Source: Glaucostegus cemiculus (Eukaryota). From it: a stretch of 64,000 bases of DNA. The notes below the pieces were generated by a model. It ran no database searches. It had not been told where the DNA came from and saw nothing but the letters and a program-made list of their open reading frames with translations. The stretch is taken from positions 25,668,001 through 25,732,000 of the forward strand of contig CDPCPM010000033.1 in NCBI GenBank assembly GCA_976551045.1. The letters are read 5' to 3'. This document shows, piece by piece, positions 48,160-60,354 of this stretch (its first letter is position 1; each line of letters begins with the position of its first letter). The position numbers were made by a program, and so were the translations under genes.

Positions 48160-49558
48160 GATGACACAAAAATTTACAATTTGTGAAAACATTGGCCAGC
48201 AATTCTTCCATGCCAGAAATGGTATGTTATTTGGCTGATATGCAGCATGCCATTGCCTGTTTAGTCTGAGGTTTTGCCACTGTACCATGGTATCGTGCAC
48301 AAGACCAAAGGTAGTTGAACATGCACTGCACGTTGTTGGATGCACAGATGGCCCAGAAAAATGTGCTGGCATTCCTCAAGTATGCAGTAAGTGGAGATCT
48401 CCAACAGACACAGGCTGCCTCCCTGTCCTTGATAAGCTCACCTTCGCACTTGTCTCTGTTTGGTGTAGCTTGGGTGTTTGGGCTGTACATTACCTTGATA
48501 ACATTGAAGAAGGTTGAAGAATCTGCACACACTATGGTTATCAGCAAGTTGCTGGACCTCCCACCTTCTTTCCAGTCATCTGTTCCTTAGATCATGGACT
48601 TTTTGTCAGACCTCGCACTTCAGGAGCTGTAGAGCTGTTTCTTTCCTCTGAGGCATGGTGGAGTTTTCTTTTCAAGAAAGCCTTGGTATGCAGTTAATTA
48701 AATCCTGGAACTCCCAGTTATTCCAACCAAACCAGACCTGCTGTTTACTGGTAGAGGAGCCAAGAATCTCATCACAGGTCCACTAGGGTGGACTACAGGG
48801 CTGTAGAGATTCTGTAGTTCCTGTTGGCTGATAATTAGGTTGCCTGTGAGATGCTGCCTGTGAGAAGAGCACTTTTGCAGGGGTCCTTGAGTTTAGCATC
48901 AATTTCTTTTTGCAGCAACATTTCTGTTGTTTTGGAGCTAGGCTGATGGACATAACACAGGAGCTGGTAGGTTAATTGGTTATTGTAAGTGGCCCCTTGT
49001 CAGAGAATCAAGATGGAGTTAATTAGTAGGTGAGAGAGAACAGGTGATAGGGAAATGTGTGGGAATGGGATTGAAGGGATTGCTTTTAGAGCCAGCATAG
49101 ACTCAATGGGAGAAGTGGCTTCCTTTCATGTCTAAAGAAGTTATGCAAACTATGAAAATACTAAGGTGCAGTTGGTGGAACAGACATTGCTGCCTATTGC
49201 AGTGCAGGTGAGGTGAACACCCCTGTAGCCTCTTGTTCAGATAGTGATATAATCTGTCAAGTACCAGTGCCAAGATTGGGGTGTTGACAGGAAGTCCTGT
49301 GCTTGCCTCTGTCATGAAAAAGGGTGTTTGTAAGACAAGATTGTGCTCCGGGTACCTTGGCAGGAAGAGTTAGATTGTCCCACTCCTTCCCTGCTGATCA
49401 CACCTTGCCAGAAGGTTGCATCTTCTCCTATTCTGGCACACGGACCTACGATTTTTCAAGTTGAGAACCTTATCTGTAGCTTCTAGGATTGGGGCCTTTG
49501 CATTGATGACTGTTGTGAGTTGATTCTGGTTAGAGAAGCCCAGATAGTCGTGAGGCCT
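48160..49558 (-). mobile_element. RTE/BovB-like LINE, inverted 5' segment (APE endonuclease to start of RT)
   Basis: Minus strand: QNQLTTVINAKAPILEATDK; EHNLV/TNTLFHDRGKHRTSCQHP/HWYLTDYI; KQQVWF; FFNVIKVMYSPNTQ..GELIKDREA..CW. These match RTE motifs (ISAYAPT, ITNTLF..SW.HPRSKHWHLLDY, HQDWF, KA.YGP). Confidence 0.8.
48945..49145 (+). mobile_element. 3' half of a V-SINE inserted in the RTE
   Basis: 'ctggtaggttaattggttattgtaagtggcccct...gagccagcatagactcaatgggagaagtggcttcctttcatg' is similar to 11910-12085. Confidence 0.65.
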
Positions 49559-49574
49559 TCATTTGTCACAATAA

Positions 49575-50583
49575 TGCATTTCAGGTCAAACAAGCTTCCC
49601 ACTGCAATGGAACTAAGTGACAGGTCTAATGTGTAACCATTCAACCTACATCGCCTCCACTTAAGAACCGCAGCGGGCAGACGATGCTTGAGTACATGTG
49701 CATTCAGAGACCAAGCTCCAAAACACCGTCAGGTCATTCACTGAAACAAATGAGAGGATGAGCCTTACACCCAAAACAAATGTCCTCGATCAGCTTCCCT
49801 TGCCCTACAATCCCATCGCCTGACAATGGGGTTCCATGACAAGACACCAGAACAGTGGAAAATGTCTGGAGAGCCACTTCTCAGCAAAGGCTGGCATCAG
49901 TGCTGAACTTCACCACAGCCACTGACCATCTGATGAAAATGGATGTTTGAAGATCAATGCTTCAAAACACATGGTCTAAGGACAGCAGGGGCCCCTGCCA
50001 TCCAATGGGCTTCCCAGACTTTGACCACCTGTAATTCAACACATTGGAGAGATAACACCAACCCTATCTGCACAAAATCCTCTAAATTCACTGGCAGGAT
50101 AAGCAACTCAACATCACTGCCCTCTCCCAGGCCAACATTCCCAGCACTGAGACCTTAATTACTCTCAGCTGGACAGGCCACATTATCTGCATGCCCAGTA
50201 CCAGACTCACAAAACAGATGTTTTATTCTGAGCTCTGTCATGGGAAGAGATTACCGAGTGGACGGAGAAAAAAGCCACACGGATGTGTTCGAAGCCTTCT
50301 TGAGAAAATGTAACATTTCTACCAAATCCTGGGAATCCCCAGCCCATGATCACTCAAAGTGCGACAGGAACATTTGAAATGGTGCAGAGAACCTCATGTC
50401 CATGTGTCAGTAACACACAGAAGCCCAACATAAATAGCACCCCCTCATAAACTATCCACCTGGCCACTCCACCAAGCACTTCTGGCAAATTCTGCAAGTC
50501 CTGCATTGAATTCAGTCACTTCAGAACCAACAGAACTGGAGCAGAAACAAGTCAACTACAATTCAAGGGGTACTACCTAAGAA
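49575..50583 (+). mobile_element. RTE/BovB-like LINE, non-inverted 3' segment (RT domain 5 to 3' end)
   Basis: FNLHRL; ADDA*VHVHSETKLQNTVRSFTETNERMSL (YADD region); WTGHIICMPSTRLTKQMFYSELCHGKRLPSGR (RTE motif W.GHV.RM...RLPK..FY.EL..G.R). Confidence 0.85.
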
Positions 50584-53500
50584 CAGTGCACTAAGTAGAC
50601 TATGGCTTTTAGCAATTGGTTTTCTAAGTTCCACTGCACAGCATACATGGAACTTGGGCTATAATATTTGTTTCAAATATGTATAGTGCAAGATTTCTTG
50701 CAAAACAGAAGCACCCAGCTTTGTATCAACATATCCAAACAAAATCCAAATAAACCAGCCCCTCTGATAGAGATCTTCGTAGAAAACGTAATCCCCTTTT
50801 ATAACACAATTAAATAACATTTGTGCTAATATGCATGGCACAAATCACCTAAATGGATATGGAGGGCCAGTGAGAAAGGCAGCTCCAGAAAAGAATGGAT
50901 TTGTTTAATAATATATTTTGCAATGCCTTAAATTTAAACTGCAAACAAATATTGAAGATTTTGCAAGTAAGAAGCACACTTGCAATGTCTCAAGTTCATG
51001 TTATTGTAGTCCTGATAATTAATTTATAATCATATTCATAACAACATGGTAGCTAGCTATTTTTAAAAGTAGATGATAAGCTATTCTCCCAGTTGCACCA
51101 GATACTAAGAGATATCCTTGCTATTTTCCACTACCTGGTCTCAACATTTAATGCTCCTGTTGGAATTTTGCATCAGTTCAGTGTGAGTCTGCATTAATTG
51201 TCCTACTTCATAATTTTGGCTTAAATGCAGAAAGTGATACAACAAACAGCTCAAAGTAAGTTTTTTTTTACACTCTTAAGTAAATATAATGGAAGAATTG
51301 GGAGTTTTTTCAAATTTTTACCTACTTTTTCAATATTACAACAAATCAATACCTTCAAAACAATCTAACTGCCAGTAAAGCATTTAGTAATGGTGTGAAT
51401 TGTGCTACACAATTCAACTTTTTACATTAGTGGCAGCAAAATTCCAGGCTATTTTGCTATCCATGATCAGGTATTTTTCTTGTTATCTGGTTCAAGTATG
51501 TGCCCACCACAACAAGCAGTAGGAAATGTGATGATTTTGTTCAAAGGTTCTTCCATTCAGCAATGAATGCACCAGATTATCTTTCTTATTTTCAATGTGA
51601 AATGGAAAAATAGTTTACACAAATTTTATTTCTTTTTGCATTATTTTGCAAAGGAACTAATGTATTCAGGACAATTTTTTTAAGTAAACAACTGGAAATA
51701 ATTATGTAATTCTAGAACAATGAAAGTCAAAATGAAAGATCACCAATGATTACAACATTTCATTAATCTTGTAGTTTGACTTTATCTTTGAAATATGTTC
51801 CTGATAACAATAATCTGGTTAAAATAATTTTATGTTTGGATGGCTACGTAATTTTGACAAGAAAACTTTCCACCAGACCTGGGTCAAAAGAAGTGCATCT
51901 TACTATCTCAAAGAGTCATAACTCCAGCAGTTTAAAAGCACTATTTATTACCTGAACTTTACAATCTGGCATTATTAATGTTTACCTGACACTAAAGTAT
52001 GTTAATATATGACCACACAGATTCAAAGGCAGAGTTCTACAGAGCATTATCTGATGGAGTAACTCGGCCCATCAGTTAATGTTTTTGTTGACATTAAATA
52101 AGAAAAAGTCACTCCTAAGTCAGCTGCCTAAAGTCTCACTTAAACATTAGCATTACGCACATAAACAAAAGAACTACTGTACCTGCAAGGGAACAGGTTC
52201 AAAGCTACCACAGAAGAATCTCATCCCTGCCTACAATATAAATATTTCACATTAATCGAAAAAAGGTGGAGTACAACAAGCTCAATAGATAGAATGTAAG
52301 ACTGTAAAAGATAAAAGTCAATAGCCACATTTCAAAGAGATCAGGACTAATGGAGAACAGAAACCTGTTCTAGTGTCAATGAAAACATTGCTCTGTAGTA
52401 CTGTACTGCCAGAAGGTAAGCAGCAGGGGGCTCATCGGTACCGGTCTAGTATTGGAGCAGCTTTACCCATTTTAGAATGATCTGGCCAGACTCTCAGATA
52501 CAGACAAAGCTACCTTTATGAAATGGAGACCACAGCTTTAGTAAACAGCATCAAACATCCTAAAATAATTCCTCAACAGGTAAAGAAATACAATGCCAAA
52601 GATATTCTTATTAAAGACAATATTACCTATAGCTTGATTCAATGCATTATTGAAAACAAATGTTACATGCATGCTTTCTAAATTCAGAATCTATTAATGA
52701 ATGATCAAAAGCTTGTGGGCAGCAGAAACACCAGTTAAAATGTAGAACTTCTATAATCTCTCTACTTCAATGGCTGGGATGAAACATCTTTAAATGCTGA
52801 CAAGAAATGCTTTCATTTCAATATGGCTGTTGATGACTGCTGAGAGAAAAAGAGAAATTAATTTGATAAATGATTCTGGCAGTGATAGGCCAAAGGAGAC
52901 TACAAAATGAAACAGCACCAAACACAATCTCACCGTAACTATTTAATGTTTAGGGCTTTCATTTTTCTACATAAATGGATCTATTATTTAAAAGAGAAAT
53001 GGTATTTCTGCTGTCACTATAAATATAACAGCATTTAAGCAATTTGGGGATATTGAAGGAAGTTACTACTTTATTGACAGAAATAGATGCAAGTTTCCAC
53101 TATGAAGACTATGAAGAATAAATTATTTACCATATACAACCATGGGAGTAGCTCTCTCATTTGCTAATTTAATAGACTTGATCCATTTTATGAAGTGTTG
53201 AAGTGTTTAATAATGACATTTAGCTGTGCAATGATTTGAAATAACAGTGATAGGTTAGTATATTAACACAGATAATTATTGTCATGCATTGCTGCTGATT
53301 TGACCTGGAGCTTCTAGAAGCAGGTTCTTCTTTATAATGTTTTTAATCTGGTAATACACTATCTGTAGCTGTTATTCCAATCTCTATGCTTTTCTAAAAC
53401 TCTTTTAGACCACCACTCCTCTAATATAGCAACATAATGTTATTTTCTTGTTTCTAATCTTAGAACATTCCTGAGAAAGCCAAGGTGATATGCTTGTATA

Positions 53501-54365
53501 GACCTTATTGTGTTTGTGAAAGAAATAACTAAAGCTAAAAGAAAATTAAAATTGCACTCAGAAATTTCCTTACCTTTTACTCCTGCTTTTTTTATAAAAT
53601 CATTGACAATTTCTTGTCTGGCAGTGGGACTAGTAGCCTTTTATATCCATTACATGTTCAATGATGGTGTTTTTGTGGCCAGTTACTCTTGTGTGTTCAG
53701 ATCCAATGCGAACAGCATCAAGACAGCAAAGATTTATGGGACTGGGTCTGAACTGCACCACAGAGTTTACCCCCCACCTCCACACAGCAAGTTATGATTT
53801 TGTGCCACAACCAATCAACTTAATAAGTATAATTCAGAGAATTAATTATCAATATTTTACACATTTCACACATTGCAGAGGGTTTATAAGTCTGAATATA
53901 ATTATTAAATACATTACAGTTGCTGGACTTTCAGCAAGGCAACCTGTGTCAGTTGATAATTCTCTTTGGCATTCCCTAAAGTATGAGTTTTGCAAGTTTT
54001 TCTAAGGTTCATCTATGGGAAGGAGGAATGATGCTGTCCAGGAACTGGAGAATTTCTATATCTCCTTAACAGATAGCCTGGCTGTTCTCTAAGGAGCAAC
54101 ATCAACAGAATCCATGCCAGCACATTGGAATATTCTCCCTTCCGTGGAAGAATATATGGGTACAGAGGGTTAGCAGGCTGTTGGATAAATTAAGGTAAAA
54201 ATGACAGTGTGGAGTTCTGCATAAAATGAACTTTATCAATTGTTACAGGACAAGAAGTTCTTATCCATCAGATTCAAAAGGCTTGGTGTCATTAATATTT
54301 CAAAATAATTAGTAGCAATGCTGGAAAATTTGTTAAATATTGTGATTTTCTTCATTTCTTTGTAG

Positions 54366-54377
54366 CTCGGAGATGAG
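54366..54377 (+). other. Candidate 12-nt frame-preserving microexon (CTCGGAGATGAG)
   Basis: Acceptor ttttcttcatttctttgtAG ending at 54365 and consensus donor GAG|GTAAGT (54378-54383), in sequence with no recognisable TE. Confidence 0.4.
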
Positions 54378-55224
54378 GTAAGTTGCCAGTAAGGTAAAAG
54401 GAAGATGTTTCAGTGTCTAATACATCTGAGACAATTAATGGCTGACAATAAGCTGAGCTTGAGCAGTTTATGAATGTCAGATGAACCCCAAGATTGAATT
54501 ACTGCCTTAAAGTGAGTGCCAGACATTTATTATTTGATGTAATATATAGTTTTAATGTTATGCGACAGACTGAGCAGGCTAGAGGCAGCGTGAGGTAGAT
54601 GGAAAAGTAATAAAGATGGTAGTGATCTAGGAGCTGCCAGTATATGGCATCACATGACTAATACCATGCAGAAGCAGAGTTTTGTTTTCAAGCAGATTAC
54701 AGTAAATTGTACCCCATACTGTGTATCATTTCTAATTATTGTACTTCCACACAGGCTCAGTAAGACCGATTCTTAGTTTCCAGTACTCTAAAATAGCTGT
54801 ACTCTCTGTTATGCATTGTTGGTTACAAGTTCTTTTTGTAAATACACATTGTACCCAGAAGTTGGACCAGTCTCTAAACCTGTGTTTGGAACATCTGGTG
54901 CTACTAATTGTTCTGATTGCTACCTGATGCACTTAGAATTGCTTCCTTCCCCTTGGCTTGTGACCTGTACTGGAGCAGACCTGTCACAACCTGTACAATC
55001 ACGATCAATGAGTAACTTAGCCTTAGTATTTACCTACCGCAGTTGCCAGCTTCATTACAGAATGAATATTGTTTACTTGCTTGGAAACCTTTCTTGAGGG
55101 TCATTTGTACAGTGATTGCTGTTCATGACTTATGGCAATCTATTATTGGTGCCAGCAGAAAGTGAATAATTCAGCTGTAAGTCTGTATAAAGGAATTGCA
55201 AAACATATAATGTCTACTTGAGAG

Positions 55225-55395
55225 TACATAGAATTACACAGAATTTTACAGTACAGAATCAGGCCATTCAGCCCAGCTGGTCTAACTGGCAGCTTCAGAC
55301 TTAGATGCAAGCCTCCTGTGAACCTAACATCATCTTACCTGATCCACATAAGCATTCAGTCCTTTCTCCCTTATGTGTCTGGATAAATTTAATTG
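55225..55395 (-). mobile_element. Decayed CR1 3' UTR fragment
   Basis: 'acagaattttacagtacagaatcaggccattcagcccagctggtct' is a reverse-complement CR1 terminus. Confidence 0.6.
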
Positions 55396-55780
55396 CACTA
55401 TTTGAAACATAGTTTAATGTAGGCAGAATTCTTTCTCTCTTACTGATCCAACCAAATTCCAAGGACAAATGAACGGCTTTCCTCTGAAATATGGATTACT
55501 TTTCATATCTGTCATGTCACCAAAACAGTATTCTGAAGTGCAATCATAATACGTGTCTAAAAGCTGAAATGTGCATTGCTACACTTTAGTGTGCATCGTG
55601 ATTCAATTCCAATGAAAAAAATCAATTGTATATCAATCATGTCACAGTTAGTTGCTTGAGGCCCAAGATTTCCCTGCCACACACCTGTTGTGTTGATTCA
55701 AAGACTTGTGCAGTGGCATCCAAAAGTGTGCAAGGCATGTCTCGGCAACATTTCTGGGATTATCATCCTCATCCACGCGT

Positions 55781-55904
55781 CTGCAGGAGAATGTGGGCCA
55801 TTCATACCGAAGTTTGTGAGGCCCACATAAACATATAAAGAGAAACTGCCTGAAGTTACTGACTCCCAGTCTGCGGAGAACAACACCACAAACCACTTCA
55901 GGTC
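55781..55904. repeat. 124-bp dispersed direct repeat, copy 1 (two-hairpin fold)
   Basis: 119/124 identical to 59274-59397, with sharp ends and unrelated flanks. Confidence 0.95.
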
Positions 55905-55939
55905 CGTTTGTTTTTAAGTAACATACTTATCAGAGGTAC

Positions 55940-56705
55940 CAAAGCAGACCCATCTTCTCCTGACCCTTGCCCACCACTTCACCCTGATCGAAACCCGACT
56001 ACTGACTGTTGGACCAGCATCTTCCCTCACCAAACCTCTTCACTGATCCTGGCTGCTGACTCCAAGCACCATACACCACTCTCCCCATTGATCCCCAGCT
56101 GCTGGTCAGACCCAACAATCTCTGCCTATTAACCCCTCCCGCCATGCCAATCCCCAGCTCTTGTCTCTGGATACATCCCTGGATGTTCACTCCCTCGTCA
56201 TCCCTGGCTGTTGACCCACTTCTACATTGATCCCTACTGCCCAATCCTACCCCCCCCCCCCCACCAATAATTTCTGGCTGTTGAACATGACTATCAACTC
56301 TCACCCTCCTCACTTCTGAAGGAGGTGGTGAAATCATGTACAGTCACTACATTTGTGAAGCATTTAGACAGACACTTAAATAGGCACGGCAAAGAAGGAT
56401 ACCGTTCTAATGCAGGCAAATGAGGATTGGCGTAGATGGGCAAAAACGTTTGCATGGATGTGATGGGCTGAAGGGCCTGTTTCTCTGCTGTACAACTCTA
56501 TGACTAATTGATTTGTGACTATCTACAAGCCCTACTGATGCCAGATTCTGACCACTCACCTCCATCAATACTTGGCTGTTGAACTGCATTCCAATCCGTG
56601 ATTGCCAACCACTTCTGCCATCCTGTACTCTACCCTCATCATTCCCCCCACCCCAATCCTGTCCCCTCTCCCTTTCCCTAAGTAACCCCGACCCTGCCCC
56701 CAGCA
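55940..56705. repeat. C-rich degenerate minisatellite-like tract interrupted by a CR1 tail
   Basis: A recurring '(c/t)tggctg(c/t)tga' core near 56050, 56204, 56275 and 56572, within pyrimidine-rich sequence. Confidence 0.5.
56315..56505 (+). mobile_element. CR1 3' end fragment
   Basis: 'gaaggaggtggtgaaatca...aagcatttagacagacacttaaatagg...gatgggctgaagggcctgtttctctgctgtacaactctatgact'. Confidence 0.85.
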
Positions 56706-56844
56706 TCTGGAGCTAGATGTGCTTGTTTTCGTTTGTGTTCTTTGCGCTGGGAAATTGTGCAGAAGAAAGGCCTTTAATTGTGCAAGGCCTATTCAGTAAT
56801 GCACGCAAGTGCTTTAACCTTATGTGCGACTGAACATTGCAGTT

Positions 56845-57640
56845 CTGAAACAGATTGACAAGGTGGATGCTGAGAAAATGTTTTTCCACGTGGGGGCATC
56901 TGGAACAAGGAGTCATAGTTTCAGGAAAAAAAGGGTCATTCACTTAAGATACAGGTAAGGAGGAATTTCTTCTCTCAGAAGGCTGTGACTCTTTGGAATT
57001 CTTCACTTCAGGAAGCTGTGAAGGTGAAGACATTCATGACAGACTGACAAATATTTGATAATGGTATTGGTTTATTATTGTCACTTGTACCGAGGTACAG
57101 TGAAAAACTTGTCTTGCATACCAATCGTACAGGTCAATTCATTACACAGTGTAGTTACATTGAGTTAGTACAGAGTCCATTGATGTAGTACAGGTAAAAA
57201 CAGTAACAGTACAGAGTAAAGTGTCACGGCTACAGAGAAAATGCAGTGCAGTAAGGTGCAAGGTCACAACAAGGTAGATCGTGAGATCATAGTCCATCTC
57301 ATCGTATAAGGGAACTGATCAATAGTCTTATCACAGTGGGGTAGAAGCTGTCCTTAAGTCTGGTGGTACTTGCCCTCAGGCACCTGTATCTTCTACCCAA
57401 TGGAAGAGGAGAGAAGAGAGAATGTCCTGGGTGGGTGGGGTCTTTGATTATGCTGGCTGCTTCACCAGACAGAGTCCAAGGAGGGGAGGCTGGTGTCCAT
57501 GATTTAAAATGCCAGAAAATCAAATGGTACGGAAGGAGAGCAGGAAATTAATGCTGAGGCTAAGACTGGATCGGCAATGAATTGACTGAATGTCAGAGTA
57601 GGCTGAATAGGCTCCTGCTGCTCCTATTTCTATCTTCTTA
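56845..57640 (+). mobile_element. CR1 3' end split by a Rex1/Babar insertion (56845-57060 and 57505-57640)
   Basis: DKVDAEKMF...RRNFFSQKAVTLWNS on the left; 'ggatcggcaatgaattgactgaatg...ggctgaataggctcctgctgctcctatttc' UTR on the right. Confidence 0.8.
57061..57503 (-). mobile_element. Rex1/Babar LINE 3' end
   Basis: ORF 57299..57523(-) AASIIKDPTHPGHSLFSPLPLGRRYRCLRASTTRLKDSFYPTVIRLL is the typical Rex1/Babar C-terminus; (CAATAC)-type tail. Confidence 0.92.
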
Positions 57641-57809
57641 CTCAGCTCACTGCTCCTGTAACATACTCTACTCAGACACCAATTTTGTGAATCAGATATG
57701 GCCAATGTAATTTCCTGAAATAAAATATTCGTCAATTCAAACTTAATTAATGTAATAATTTAAAGACAATATAAACGTATTTAATTATCTGTGCTCTTCC
57801 TATAATTCC

Positions 57810-58530
57810 AGGTACTTCCTGCATTGAACTCTCTGCAGAACCTCCAACAACCTTAGTATTTTCACTGAGCATGTTGAATGTCTACACCTTGGATAGCCCA
57901 GCTACAAAATCCTACAGTTCATCTACACTGATGCTACCGTTCTCTCTATACTCAAGGCCCTCGTAGACTGAGAACAGCTGGCAATATTAAGACACTGTCA
58001 GACCACTTCAGTCAACGGAAGTTCTGTTTGAACTTCAGTAGGTGAGTGTCACACTGCTGATGGTAAATTGAAGGTCAACTCCTGGAGATATGTTCACCCA
58101 AGATATCTTGGAGAAACTCTTGACTGCTCTTGAATTTCAAGACCCATTACATAGTTCTATGGGACACAATGAAAATGAGAAACTGCACCATTCACAGACA
58201 AGTATTCCTTCACCAAGAACAGATATCAAAGTGTGCAAGACCCCAGTGTTCTTGCCGCTACAGTTGAGCTCTAAGTACTGGGTTCTGTTAAAGCTGGGAA
58301 ATTTCCACATGAAGATGGGCGACCCCAAATAAACACAGCCACGACAACTGCCTCACTATGAAGAAATTGATACAACCCTGTGATGATTGACTATGCATGG
58401 TATTGCATTGTCTTAGATCTAGAGATATCAACAAACAGTTTGAACAACCTAGACCTCTGACTCCACAATACCCTCAACAACTGACTAGAACATTGGCTCT
58501 GTTGACCAACTCAGAGCCATTGGTTAGTGG
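57810..58530 (+). mobile_element. Degraded Vingi/Ingi (I-group) LINE fragment
   Basis: Pieced translation: MLNVYTLDSP / FIYTDA (FIYADD) / HPRYLGETLDCS / DIKVCKTPVFLPLQLSSKYWVL..NFHMKMGD / INTA / HGIALS*I*R. Colinear with Vingi motifs (YLGVTLDRSL; LRTSALALCYSTAEYCAPVW..S.H...VD..LN.A; IAPP.IRR). Confidence 0.6.
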
Positions 58531-58699
58531 CTTTGAAGCTTAATGGTAGGAATATTGGGATAAAGTGAATGTGAAATAAGTGAAAGGCATTTTTTGTGCA
58601 GATATTTTATAAAAACATGCAACTATTAAATACCTGCATAAAAGTAATTTAAGCACATCACCAAATCCGTACGTTCCTCCACCTACACCTGCACCTGAA

Positions 58700-59225
58700 C
58701 AATTAGAAATTATCCTGGGGAAGGATGTATAAAAGTAGGATGCAGTGATAGTGGATGCATTTGTTGTAAAATTCTGCGGATTCTGAAGTGGTATCTGAGG
58801 TCTGAAAAACCACAATTGTATTGTCACTATTCAAGGGAGGAGGGAACTGTAGGCCATTTGGTATAACATCAGAGGGATATTGACAGGGTTGTACAAGAGG
58901 GTGCTTCCTCCAGTGGGGATGTCTAAAACAAGGGGGCAGAGTTTCAGAACAAGGGGTCACCTATTTAGGACAAAGATGAGGAGGAATTTCTTCTTTCAGT
59001 CATGAACCTTTGGAACTCTTTACCTCAGAACTTTGGAGGTAGACTCCTTGAATGTATTCAGGACAGAGATTGACAGGCATTTAAGTTACAAAGGAATGAA
59101 GGGCTATGGGGAGAGAGCAGGACAGTGTGGTTGAGAGCAAGATTGGATCAGCCATGATCTTACTGAATGAGAGAGATGGCTCAAAGGGCTGCTCAACCTC
59201 ATCCAGCTCCTGCATTTTATATTCT
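58700..59225 (+). mobile_element. Internally deleted CR1 (RT N-terminus joined to the 3' end)
   Basis: IVDAFVV../DSEVVSEV*KTTIVLSLFKGGGNCRPFGITS is followed directly by DRVVQ..MRRNFF and the 'ggatcagccatgatcttactgaatg' UTR. Confidence 0.8.
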
Positions 59226-59273
59226 AAAAGATAAACCTGTTGAAAGCAAAGTCACTCAATACTTGAACACCAG

Positions 59274-59397
59274 CTGCAGGAGAATGTGGGCCATTCATAC
59301 TGAAGCTTGTGAGGCCCACTTAAACATATAAAGGGAAACTGCCTGAAGTTACTGACTCCCAGTCTGTGGAGAACAACACCACAAACCACTTCAGGTC
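59274..59397. repeat. 124-bp dispersed direct repeat, copy 2
   Basis: 119/124 identical to 55781-55904. Confidence 0.95.
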
Positions 59398-60354
59398 TAT
59401 TCAGGACCAACTCCACAGACCTTTTTCCTAGCCTCCATCCTATTTGTATGGTTTTATGTCTCTATCCTAGATTGAGAACATCCTTATAAAATATGAATCC
59501 TGGAGGATGTCTTGGAACTGAAAACCTAGAAAGAAGTGTGCAGTTAAAAACCAATGGCATGCCACTGAGCTTAAAGCATGCAGGGTTCCCCATGTACCTG
59601 TGTAGCTGGTACTTGTCCTAGCACACGAATTGTAATGAGGGTAAAGTGAAATTTATTTTCCATCAACATCTACTTTCACACAGTATTACATTTTTCCATT
59701 TGTTTACCTGGCAATGGTTTCATCAGAGTGATTTAAATTGTTACATAAAGCAGTTACGTACACTGATTGCAATCCCAGAACGACACAGAAGTTTTTCCTC
59801 ATTGTACTCAATTGACAGGGCTATATAATATGCCACCTCTCGATTGATCTACCCCCCTTCCCATTTGGCGTCTTGCCAGAGTCATATTCTCATATGTCTG
59901 GCAGTGGCTTTATCATAGCAAAGCTGAGTGTTCCTTTCAGCTCACACTGCATGGGGTTTCATAAATGTCCAGGCCTCCTCCTCATTATTCTTTATTTTTT
60001 GAACTCTGAATATCTTAAATAGAACAGTACCTTTGTCATAAATGCCACTTATTTATGTGTTAATGTATTCTTTGTCTAAGCTGCAATTTCTACCCAATTG
60101 TCATAATTTAATTCATTTATAAATAAACATGTAGATTGATCTAATTTTAATATGTCTCCTGCTGTTCCTCACTATGTAAAAGTCTGAAATGAACTACAGT
60201 GTAAATAGCTACCTTGAGCTGTTTTTTTTAAATAGCACCTTACAAAGGACTTTACAATAATCCATTTACACATTATATAGGCTAAAACCTACAGCTGGAG
60301 AGTCTAGAATAAAAAAAATGAAGCTGCTAAGCTTGTCAATCAGTATCTGAAAAA

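Noticed and set aside
55781-55904. H/ACA snoRNA call for the two-hairpin repeat
   Set aside because: The hinge has ANANNA matches, but there is no ACA box after hairpin 2 in either copy, and hairpin 1 is short with no clear pseudouridylation pocket.
55781-59397. The two 124-bp repeats as LTRs of one retroelement, or as a Helitron end
   Set aside because: No TG...CA termini, primer-binding site, polypurine tract or shared TSD. The interior is a mix of unrelated old LINEs, and there is no CTRR terminus.
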